NCBI GenBank assembly: GCA_943358095.1
Contig: CALRGT010000006.1
Coordinates: 1-47,419 of the forward strand
DNA length: 47,419 bases
Reading direction: 5' to 3'
DNA from: an uncultured Candidatus Saccharimonas sp.
Lineage (GTDB): Bacteria; Patescibacteriota; Saccharimonadia; Saccharimonadales; AQU-01
Under the pieces are notes generated by a model, which did not search any database, was not told the origin of the DNA, and saw only the letters and a list, made by a program, of their open reading frames with translations. The translations under genes and the position numbers were made by a program. Shown here one piece after another: positions 30,501 through 38,753 of this stretch (the first letter of the stretch is position 1; each line of letters starts with the position of its first letter).

Positions 30501-30518
30501 TACCGAAGGAAGAGCCTC

Positions 30519-32213
30519 ATGACAGACACTACCAAAGATACTATCTATATAGATATTGACGACGAGATTACCAGTATTATTGATAAAGTACGGGCTAGTA
30601 AACATAAAATTGTAGCTTTAGTGTTGCCTAAAAGAGCGGCAACTCTGCAGAGTATAGTTAACATGAAGTTGCTAAAACGAACTGGCGCCGAGACAGACAA
30701 AAGAATAGTTCTAATTACATCTGAGGCTAGTCTTTTGCCGCTAGCTGGAATAGTTGGTATGTATACTGCTAAAACTTTGCAAAGCAAACCAATAATTCCT
30801 AGATCACCCGATACTTCTAATGATGCTGATAGCCTGGATGATGACGAAGATGTTGATGAACCAGAAATTGACAATAAAAAGAGTATCGGCGAGCTTTCAG
30901 GTTATGAAGAAGAACCAGGTGGTGACGATGAAATTAGTAGCTCTACCGAAGTTGAAGAGACTATAGAAGTAGATAACACTATCTCCACCGATAAAGAAGT
31001 AGAAGAAGTATCTAAAAAGGCTAAGAAGAATAAAATAAAGGTCCCTGATTTTGAAGGTTTTCGCTTAAAGCTATTTCTTGGTATATTTTTGATAGTTGCT
31101 TTGGTAGTTGGTTGGTACTTTGCATTTAAGGTTATGCCAAAGGTTAGAGTCGTGGTCAAGACTGATACCAGAACTGTAACGAGCAGCTTAAACTTTTCTG
31201 CTCAAGTTGATATAAAGACGCTAGATGTTGATAAATCACTTGTGCCTGCTGTTGTTAAAGAGCTCAAGAAAACCGACACCGCAAAAATTGCAGCCACAGG
31301 AAAAAAGAATGTTGGCGAAAAAGCTGTCGGCACCATTACACTTAAAAACTGTACAAAGGTTGACGGTGCATTAGTCATACCTTCTGGCACTAGTGTGACT
31401 AGTTCTCCGTATGTTTTCTTGACTCAAGCAGATGTTTCTCTTCCTGCAAGTAGTTTCTCTGGCGGCAACGCATGTTTGACTGCAACCAAGACCGTGAGTG
31501 TTGTTGCGCAAAACTCTGGCGGTCAATACAATCTCAAGGGTGCCCGATCCTTTGTAGTATCAGGATATTCTAGCGTGCTTGGAACTGAAAGCGATATAGC
31601 GCTTGGCACAGACAAAAACATCACCGTTATTAGTCAACAAGATATTGACGGCGCAAAGACCTCGTTATTAGATAAAAGTAAGGACACCGCTTCAGCTGAA
31701 CTTTCAAAGACGCTGACTAGTGCTGGACTTTCGTCGCTACCGGAAACTATCCTAGGTGCAGACCAAGTAATAACTACCGTACCTAATGTTGGCGATGAAG
31801 CTGCTGACGTTACAGTCACGTCGGTAACTTCATATACAATGCTTGGAGTTAAGACGGATGATCTCAAGAAATTAGTTGACGTAGATGCTAGCAAGCAGAT
31901 AGATATAACTAAGCAGCCAATAGTTGATTATGGTCTAGATAAGGCTGTTTACCGTATGACTAGCAAGCGTTCGGCAAACGACCAGAGCTTATCGTTCCAG
32001 ACAGTTTCTACTGCAGGAGCCAAGATTGACCCTGAAGCTCTTAAAAAAGAAATTATCGGCAAGAAAAAAGGTGATGTTCAGCAGATTGTAGGCAATCACC
32101 CAGGTGTTAAAGATGTTACAGTTACTTTTAGCCCGCCATGGGTATCGACTGTTCCTAATAAAACGGCTAGAATAACTATCATATTTGAGCAAACTAATTC
32201 CAATGGTAAATAA
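30519..32213 (+). CDS. Bitopic membrane protein: cytoplasmic alpha/beta (STAS-like) domain, acidic linker, TM, baseplate J/gp47-like outer domain
   Basis: ATG 30519 follows AAGGA; TM LFLGIFLIVALVVGWYFAF; outer region A-x-GTI-x-L-x-N...IPSGT-x-V...F-x-T-x3-V...V-x-V-x-A-x3-G-x2-YN resembles the baseplate-J pattern (recognised by eye). Confidence 0.65.
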   Translation: MTDTTKDTIYIDIDDEITSIIDKVRASKHKIVALVLPKRAATLQSIVNMKLLKRTGAETDKRIVLITSEASLLPLAGIVGMYTAKTLQSKPIIPRSPDTSNDADSLDDDEDVDEPEIDNKKSIGELSGYEEEPGGDDEISSSTEVEETIEVDNTISTDKEVEEVSKKAKKNKIKVPDFEGFRLKLFLGIFLIVALVVGWYFAFKVMPKVRVVVKTDTRTVTSSLNFSAQVDIKTLDVDKSLVPAVVKELKKTDTAKIAATGKKNVGEKAVGTITLKNCTKVDGALVIPSGTSVTSSPYVFLTQADVSLPASSFSGGNACLTATKTVSVVAQNSGGQYNLKGARSFVVSGYSSVLGTESDIALGTDKNITVISQQDIDGAKTSLLDKSKDTASAELSKTLTSAGLSSLPETILGADQVITTVPNVGDEAADVTVTSVTSYTMLGVKTDDLKKLVDVDASKQIDITKQPIVDYGLDKAVYRMTSKRSANDQSLSFQTVSTAGAKIDPEALKKEIIGKKKGDVQQIVGNHPGVKDVTVTFSPPWVSTVPNKTARITIIFEQTNSNGK

Positions 32214-32628
32214 ATCAATCATCGCGCTGGATGTGGGAAGTAGGCGGGTTGGCGTTGCTCTTGCTAATACGGTGGCGAGATTAGCCAATCCTCTGACTAC
32301 TATTGATCGCAAAACTAGCGATGTCTGGTCGTTATTGGGTAAAATTATCGACGAGAATAAGGTTGATATCATTGTGATTGGTCTGCCAAGAGGAATGTCT
32401 GGCCAAGAAACCGAGCAGACTGCTTTAGTTCGTCAATTCGCCGAGGACTTCAAGTCTAAGTTTAATTTAGATTATAATTTCCAAGACGAAGCCGTGACTT
32501 CAGTAATGGCCGAAGAAGAGCTGCAGGCAAGAGGAGGTTCCTATACTAAGGGAGACATTGACGCACTCTCAGCTACCTATATTTTGAATGATTTTATCAC
32601 CGAAAATTACCAGCAGGATACAAGATGA
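32203..32628 (+). CDS. ruvX: YqgF/RuvX nuclease (pre-16S rRNA nuclease / putative resolvase)
   Basis: ALDVGSRRVGVA, VIGLP, QDE-x2-TS, IDALSA-x2-IL. ATG 32203 overlaps the upstream stop. Confidence 0.93.
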   Translation: MVNKSIIALDVGSRRVGVALANTVARLANPLTTIDRKTSDVWSLLGKIIDENKVDIIVIGLPRGMSGQETEQTALVRQFAEDFKSKFNLDYNFQDEAVTSVMAEEELQARGGSYTKGDIDALSATYILNDFITENYQQDTR

Positions 32629-33683
32629 AGAATTTTATAGCCGGGAAGTCTAATAAGAAAAAGTTACCTAAAACTGTTTTAGTTTCTGGATTGATACTCG
32701 GCCTTATTGTTATTGGGGTTGTTGTCGTGGCGAGGCGAGTTTATATGGACAATCTAGTTGCAGTAAACATAGCTAGTGACGAGAGTGTCGTTGTCGCTAT
32801 TCCATCGGGTTCGTCGCTAGAAGAAATAACAACTATTTTAAAAAATAAGAAAATTATTCGTGCCGACTGGGCCTTTAAGAGATACGTCATTAGTCATGAT
32901 TATAGTAATTCATTAAAGGCTGGTACATATCGATTTAAGCTTAGCCAAGACACAGGGTCTATCGTCAAGGATTTGGTTAACGGTAAGGTAGACGTGACTT
33001 TGTTCACTATATTTCCGGCACGTCGGCTTGATCAAATTAGACAGGATTTTATAGACAAAGGATTTGCGACTGCTGAGGTTGATTTGGCACTCAAGCCATC
33101 TAATTATGCTAGTCATCCCGCCTTGGTGGACAAGCCAGCATCGGCAAATCTAGAGGGTTATTTATATCCTGATTCTTATCAACGTACTGCAGACACTACA
33201 GTTAAGGTTTTAATCAAATCTGCACTAGATGAGATGGCTAAAGTTTTGACGCCAGACGTCCGTGCAAGTATTGCAAAACAAGGCATTAGTACTTACCAGG
33301 CAATTACAATCGCATCAATTGTTGAGCAAGAAATACCATCATCAGCTTCAGAAGATAGGAGAATGGCTGCTCAAGTTTTCTTAAAACGTATTAAACTAGG
33401 AATGCAACTTGGGTCTGATGTGACTGCGTTCTACGGTACCGCCATCAACAATCAGCCCGACTCAGTATCATACGACTCACCCTACAATACTCGTATACAT
33501 TCTGGCTACCCACCAAGTCCGATTGGTAATGTTTCTAGTAGTGGTTTAATGGCTGTTGCAAATCCTGCCGACACAGATTATTTGTACTTCGTTGCTGGTG
33601 ACGATAATATTACTTACTTCTCACGAACTCTTGCTGAGCATGACGCAAATGTCGCTCAGCACTGCAAAATACTTTGTAATTAA
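32625..33683 (+). CDS. mltG: Endolytic transglycosylase MltG
   Basis: N-terminal TM, LKAGTY, LEGYLYPDSY, ASIVEQE, LGSD, SPYNT-x4-G-x-PP-x-PI-x-N, YLYFV. Confidence 0.95.
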   Translation: MKNFIAGKSNKKKLPKTVLVSGLILGLIVIGVVVVARRVYMDNLVAVNIASDESVVVAIPSGSSLEEITTILKNKKIIRADWAFKRYVISHDYSNSLKAGTYRFKLSQDTGSIVKDLVNGKVDVTLFTIFPARRLDQIRQDFIDKGFATAEVDLALKPSNYASHPALVDKPASANLEGYLYPDSYQRTADTTVKVLIKSALDEMAKVLTPDVRASIAKQGISTYQAITIASIVEQEIPSSASEDRRMAAQVFLKRIKLGMQLGSDVTAFYGTAINNQPDSVSYDSPYNTRIHSGYPPSPIGNVSSSGLMAVANPADTDYLYFVAGDDNITYFSRTLAEHDANVAQHCKILCN

Positions 33684-33739
33684 GCCGTAGTTGTCTAAAT
33701 TATACGATTTTTGATGAATATTGATCAAAGTGCTTAAGG

Positions 33740-33901
33740 TTGATTAAAAGCCTGGCTATGATACCATATATGTACGGTGTTGTATCTGTTGATAGAGCAG
33801 AAACACCATAACCTGAGCCAGTTTTCAAAACGATTGCCAAAAGTGCGGTCAAGATTTAATAAAGGCTCATAGCGTCGGTAATAATCGACGGGAGAATCCT
33901 C
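33740..33901 (+). promoter_or_regulatory. Promoter and structured 5' leader of the LysM-CHAP gene
   Basis: TTGATT 33740-33745, extended -10 TGA-TACCAT ending 33767; helices GGTGTT/AACACC, TGAGCC/GGCTCA and CGTCGG/TCGACG, followed by GGAG 33891-33894. Confidence 0.5.
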
Positions 33902-35044
33902 ATTCGTATACAAGACCTAAGCTTAACCAATAATATTGGGCAAGTATGGAACAAATTTAATCGTAAAGTTACTCGCCTGACGTCAAAAAAGTTACGTCGG
34001 CGAGCTGTTCGCTATGGAGTGATCGGCGCCAACGTATTGATTTTATTGTCGGTAGGATTACTAGTTTTAAATAGCTCCTCGCCAAGCTCTTCAGCACGCA
34101 GTAACATCGTAGACCCAAATTCTAACACGCAAACCGTTATAAATCCGTTAGATCAACTATCATCTGCTGATATTGCAGTACAGGTAGCTCGTTTGACTAA
34201 CTTATATGAAGTAACGTCGGTTACCAACAACGCCGATTCTCTTAACTCATTATTGGCGATTAGCTCTTCTGATTTAACTATAGTTACAAAACCACAGGTC
34301 GTATTGACTGCCACTAAATCATACAAAGATATTCAAACATATGTAACTCAAGCGGGAGATACTATTAGTGGGTTAGCAGTTAGGTTCGGTGTAACATCTG
34401 ACACTATTCGTTGGTCTAATGGATTGTCGTCAGGAGACGGATTGGTAGCTGGAAAGACATTGTCTATATCCCCGATAAATGGAATTGTTTATGAAGTTAA
34501 AGTGGGTGACACAGCAGATAAATTAGCATCTAAGTTTAGAGCAAATAAAGATCAGATTGTAGCATTTAATGACGCAGAAATTGGCGGTTTAGTAGCTGGT
34601 CGTAAGATTGTTATACCTGAGGGCGTACAGGTGCCAGTCTATCAAAGTACTTACGCCAGTGGTTTTGCTTGGGGTGGTTACAATGCAATTTATGGTTTCA
34701 ATGGTTATGATTATGGATGGTGTACTTGGTATGTCGCTAATCGAAGAACAGAAATAGGTCGTCCTGTGCCAAGTAATTTAGGCAATGCTTATAGTTGGTA
34801 TGTTTTGGCTCAGCGAGCTGGAATGCCAACTGGAGTAATTCCTGCCGTGGGGGCTGTTGCAGTTAATCAGGCCAATAACCACGTGTCTGTAGTTGAAGCT
34901 GTTAATGACGATGGTAGTTTCTGGGTTTCAGAGATGAACTCTAGCGGACAGGTTTCGATGACGGATCCAACAAGAACGGGTGGCTGGGGTAGACGAGATT
35001 ATAAGATCATCGCTAGTGTCGGCTCGCTAAAATTCATATATTAA
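33902..35044 (+). CDS. LysM x2 + CHAP peptidoglycan hydrolase (ORF track start GTG 34019; ATT 33902 proposed)
   Basis: Y-x4-GDTI-x2-LA-x-RFGV and YEVKVGDT LysM repeats; NGYDYGWCTWYV, LGNA-x2-W, HV-x2-VE, SEMN of CHAP. The frame is open from 33863. Confidence 0.9.
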   Translation: MRIQDLSLTNNIGQVWNKFNRKVTRLTSKKLRRRAVRYGVIGANVLILLSVGLLVLNSSSPSSSARSNIVDPNSNTQTVINPLDQLSSADIAVQVARLTNLYEVTSVTNNADSLNSLLAISSSDLTIVTKPQVVLTATKSYKDIQTYVTQAGDTISGLAVRFGVTSDTIRWSNGLSSGDGLVAGKTLSISPINGIVYEVKVGDTADKLASKFRANKDQIVAFNDAEIGGLVAGRKIVIPEGVQVPVYQSTYASGFAWGGYNAIYGFNGYDYGWCTWYVANRRTEIGRPVPSNLGNAYSWYVLAQRAGMPTGVIPAVGAVAVNQANNHVSVVEAVNDDGSFWVSEMNSSGQVSMTDPTRTGGWGRRDYKIIASVGSLKFIY

Positions 35045-35103
35045 AGATTATTCTCGTCAACTTTCAGAATTAAATATTAATGTTCTGTGAGCTATTTACA
35101 ACA

Positions 35104-35131
35104 TCCGACTTCCGACTTTTGACTTTTACCC
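35104..35131. repeat. Short heptamer tandem repeat upstream of obgE
   Basis: TCCGACT TCCGACT TTTGACT TTTACCC, directly before TATAAT 35133-35138. Confidence 0.55.
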
Positions 35132-35144
35132 CTATAATAAGAGT

Positions 35145-36410
35145 ATGTTTGTAGATAAAGTTGATGTTTCGGTAACAGCTGGCGATGGCGGAAATGGCTA
35201 TCTCGGCTTCAGGCAGGAAAAATTTGTTGATAGAGGCGGTCCTGATGGAGGCGATGGCGGAAACGGTGGTGATGTAGTTTTCGTCGCAAGTCGTAACCAA
35301 AACACACTCGCTACTTTTAGATTTCAGAAACAGCTTTTAGCCGAACCGGGCAAGGGTGGCTTTAAACAGAAAATGCACGGCCGTAGTGGTCAAGATCTTA
35401 TTGTTATGATTCCTGTTGGCACGATGGTTTTTAACGAAGCGGGTGAACTTGTAGCTGACTTAGCACAGGACGAGCAACGAGCAGTTATAGCCAAGGGCGG
35501 TAAGGGTGGCTTTGGTAACGCTCACTTCGTGTCTTCTGTAAGACAAGCGCCAAAAATAGCTGAAAAAGGCGAAAAAGGTGAAACTTTTAACCTTACTTTA
35601 GAAATGAAGATGATTGCAGATGTTGGTGTAGTTGGCCTCCCTAATGCTGGCAAGTCAACATTACTTGGTCACGTAAGTAACGCGCGTCCAGAAATCGCCG
35701 ACTATCCATTTACGACTATTAGACCGAATCTTGGTGTTGTCGATATCGATGAATCCACAAGTTTATTATTTGCAGATATTCCAGGCTTAATTGAAGGCGC
35801 TAGTTTAGGCAAAGGCTTGGGTGATGAGTTCCTTCGTCATATCGAAAGAACCCGCGTACTTATACATATGATAGATGCCTACGGCGACATTGAGTCAGCA
35901 TATAACACTATTCAAAAAGAACTTAAAGATTACAAAGTAGACTTAACTACGCGACCTCAAATTGTTGCATTAAACAAAATTGACGGCTTAACTGATGAGG
36001 ATGTTACTGCTAAATTAACTATTTTACAGGCACTAGTTCCAGCTGAGACTCCATTATTGGCTATATCTGCCAGCAGCGGTAAAGGGATTAAAGAGCTGCT
36101 ATATGAAGTAAAGAGTATCTGTGCCAGAAGAGCCGAAGAAGTAGCTACCGAAAAGGCAGAAGAAGTTCCAATTTTGCGACTACCAGAAACAGAAGACAGC
36201 TGGAAGGTTACCCGCGAAGACGATCGTTATGTCGTAACCGGGCGCAAGATAGAGCGATTTGCTCAACGTACTGATTTCGAAAGTGCTGCTGGCGAACAGC
36301 GTCTCCGTGACATTATGCGTAAAATGGGCATCATGCACGAATTATCACGCCAAGGCATCGAACCAGGTCAGAAAATTGTTATCGGTAACTCCGGCAAACT
36401 CGAGTATTAG
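35145..36410 (+). CDS. obgE: GTPase ObgE/CgtA
   Basis: Gly-rich Obg fold (GGPDGGDGGNGG), GLPNAGKST, YPFTT, DIPGLIEGA, NKID, C-terminal OCT-like domain. Confidence 0.98.
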   Translation: MFVDKVDVSVTAGDGGNGYLGFRQEKFVDRGGPDGGDGGNGGDVVFVASRNQNTLATFRFQKQLLAEPGKGGFKQKMHGRSGQDLIVMIPVGTMVFNEAGELVADLAQDEQRAVIAKGGKGGFGNAHFVSSVRQAPKIAEKGEKGETFNLTLEMKMIADVGVVGLPNAGKSTLLGHVSNARPEIADYPFTTIRPNLGVVDIDESTSLLFADIPGLIEGASLGKGLGDEFLRHIERTRVLIHMIDAYGDIESAYNTIQKELKDYKVDLTTRPQIVALNKIDGLTDEDVTAKLTILQALVPAETPLLAISASSGKGIKELLYEVKSICARRAEEVATEKAEEVPILRLPETEDSWKVTREDDRYVVTGRKIERFAQRTDFESAAGEQRLRDIMRKMGIMHELSRQGIEPGQKIVIGNSGKLEY

Positions 36411-36446
36411 GCAGTGCTGGCGATAATATAATGTTAAACTGGCTAT

Positions 36447-37883
36447 ATGGCTGAGACATTATATTTCTACGATCTTGAGACTAGTGGGTTTAATCCGCGC
36501 GAACAACGGATTATGCAATTTGCAGGGCAGCGCACCGACCTTGACCTTAAACCTATAGGCGAGCCTCACAATATACTTATCGCGCTAAGCGAAGATATTC
36601 TGCCAGATCCTGATGCTATATTAATTACCGGTATTACTCCCCAACAGACAATTGCCGAAGGAATATCTGAAGCAGAATTCTTGAAAATTTTTAATAGTGA
36701 AGTAGCACTGCCTGGTACGATATTTACTGGCTATAATACGATTAGATTTGATGATGAGTTTATGCGCTATAGTCATTACCGTAACTTGTACGATCCTTAC
36801 GAGTGGCAGTGGCGTGACGACAGAAGTAAATGGGATCTGCTCGACCTAGTTCGTATCACTAGAGCTCTAAGGCCTGAAGGTATTAAGTGGCCGTTTGATG
36901 ATGATGGTAAGCCGTCTAACCGTCTTGGCATGCTAACAAGTATCAATGAACTCGAGCACGAAAACGCACACGATGCACTGAGTGATGTAAGGGCATCCAT
37001 CGATTTAGCAAGATTGATACACGCCAAGCAACCTAAACTTTTTAATTACTCATTGGCTAATCGTAGTAAACAAAAAGTAGCCGAGTTAGTACTGGCGGGC
37101 AAACCTTTTGTCTATACATCTGGTAAGTTTGATACTGAATACGAAAAAACGGCTGTAGTAAGCGTTGTCGCAAAAGGCGATGATAGACAAGGTGTAGTAG
37201 TCTTTGATTTACGTTTTGACCCCAACGACTATAAGGATATGTCAGTCGAAGAATTAGCCGAGGCGATGCGTTGGCATAAACCGGGCGAAAAGGTTGCTTC
37301 GATACCAGTTAAGACGATTAAGTTCAATCGTTGTCCAGCCGTTGCGCCAATAAGTGTACTCAATGCAGAGGTAACTGGCAGGCTTAAAATAGACATGAGC
37401 AAAGTTGCAGCCCATCAAGAAGCGCTAGCCAAGTTGCCGGATTTTGCGAACAACATACTTAAGGCAGTGGCGTTATTAGATAAACAGCAACAGACAAGTC
37501 AATCAACCGAAGAGAGAACAGTTGATGCACAGATGTATGATGGATTTATGGGAGATAGCGATAAGCGGTTGATGGCTAAACTAAGGACTGTTAATCCGAG
37601 TGAGTTTAATGATTATCTTGATGATATACAGGACAAACGACTAAAAAATCTTTTGCCATTATATAAAGCTCGCAATTATCTTAAAAGTTTGACTAGTGAC
37701 GAGCGCCAAGTATGGGATGAGTTTAAGAACGCAAGATTATTTTCTAGTGACAATGATAGTCGTATGGCCAAATTCATGAAACGTATAGAAGAGCTTAGAT
37801 CCTTGCCGGCCACAAATGACCAACAACAGTATCTTTTGACTGAGTTGGAGCTTTACGGTCAAAGTTTGCTTCCTAGCTCCTAG
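36447..37883 (+). CDS. sbcB: Exodeoxyribonuclease I
   Basis: YDLETSG, QFAGQRTD, GYNTIRFDDE, RALRPEGI-x-WP, HDALSDV, N-x-CP, YKARN. Confidence 0.95.
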   Translation: MAETLYFYDLETSGFNPREQRIMQFAGQRTDLDLKPIGEPHNILIALSEDILPDPDAILITGITPQQTIAEGISEAEFLKIFNSEVALPGTIFTGYNTIRFDDEFMRYSHYRNLYDPYEWQWRDDRSKWDLLDLVRITRALRPEGIKWPFDDDGKPSNRLGMLTSINELEHENAHDALSDVRASIDLARLIHAKQPKLFNYSLANRSKQKVAELVLAGKPFVYTSGKFDTEYEKTAVVSVVAKGDDRQGVVVFDLRFDPNDYKDMSVEELAEAMRWHKPGEKVASIPVKTIKFNRCPAVAPISVLNAEVTGRLKIDMSKVAAHQEALAKLPDFANNILKAVALLDKQQQTSQSTEERTVDAQMYDGFMGDSDKRLMAKLRTVNPSEFNDYLDDIQDKRLKNLLPLYKARNYLKSLTSDERQVWDEFKNARLFSSDNDSRMAKFMKRIEELRSLPATNDQQQYLLTELELYGQSLLPSS

Positions 37884-38039
37884 ATTTTTAACGACTAAAG
37901 TTCCAGAGTAGTACATTATTTGCATGCGCATCAACAAATTTTATAATCACAAAAATACAACGCATAATATATTAAAGGATGTGGTAACCTAAATAAATTA
38001 CAATGTCTGTAAAACATATAGTGTGAACAAAAACAATTT

Positions 38040-38693
38040 ATGAGTAGACCAGAATATAACCAAAGGGCAGATTTGCCGGCTAACAGAGAGCTGCGAAGAG
38101 CTTTGTCTGCGCACCGGCCAAAGTCATTTGGCATTAGAAGATTATTGGAGGACCAGGACAATATCGGCCTGACGGCTGTTTGGGATGGCCTGCAATCTGC
38201 TAAAGATATACCGGACACTCTTGAGCCAAGATTAGAAAAAGGCGTAACATTACTGCCAAAAAGAGTTTTGGGCGCACAACTAACAAGGGGTCTAGTTATA
38301 GGTCATCGGCTTGGACAGGCTCATACCGAATTTGAGCGCGACCAGAAGCTAAATACAATTAGAGAGCCGCTAGTTGTTGAATTAGGTAGAACTGCTATAT
38401 TACGCCGTAAAACTGTCTACGTGCCAGTTATCAGTGAGGAGTTAGAGATTGAACGCGAACGGCTGTTTCATATTCTAGAAAAAGCCGGATTTAAGGGTGC
38501 ACACAAAAGTTTGAGCAAGCCACTGCATATAACTTTGGGTGAGGCTAGCAAACCAATATCTTTAACAGAAGAACGCCACGTTAGACATTCTATCGACGAT
38601 ACTCTAGGCGACAATCAGTTTGTTCAGTTGCAGGAATGGGAGACTTATCCTTCTGTTGACCAGTTAGACGGCATTAATCCTGACGATTTTTAG
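38040..38693 (+). CDS. Hypothetical protein, possibly a degenerate 2H-phosphoesterase fold
   Basis: 217-aa ORF with one HxT motif (PLHITLG); the first motif would be GVTL, without His. Confidence 0.55.
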   Translation: MSRPEYNQRADLPANRELRRALSAHRPKSFGIRRLLEDQDNIGLTAVWDGLQSAKDIPDTLEPRLEKGVTLLPKRVLGAQLTRGLVIGHRLGQAHTEFERDQKLNTIREPLVVELGRTAILRRKTVYVPVISEELEIERERLFHILEKAGFKGAHKSLSKPLHITLGEASKPISLTEERHVRHSIDDTLGDNQFVQLQEWETYPSVDQLDGINPDDF

Positions 38694-38753
38694 TATTCTT
38701 TTCGCCCTAGGTACTAGAAAAATTGTTCATTTTCTGCTAAACTAGTTCGACTT

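Noticed and set aside
30483-30518. N-terminal extension MFNVKFYRRKSL from the ORF track
   Set aside because: That ATG lies within the AATGTTN repeats; ATG 30519 has an SD-like AAGGA and begins the folded domain.
30519-32213. Prophage, tailocin or contractile injection system
   Set aside because: No sheath, tube, spike, terminase, capsid or integrase genes nearby. The protein has a TM helix and sits among housekeeping genes.
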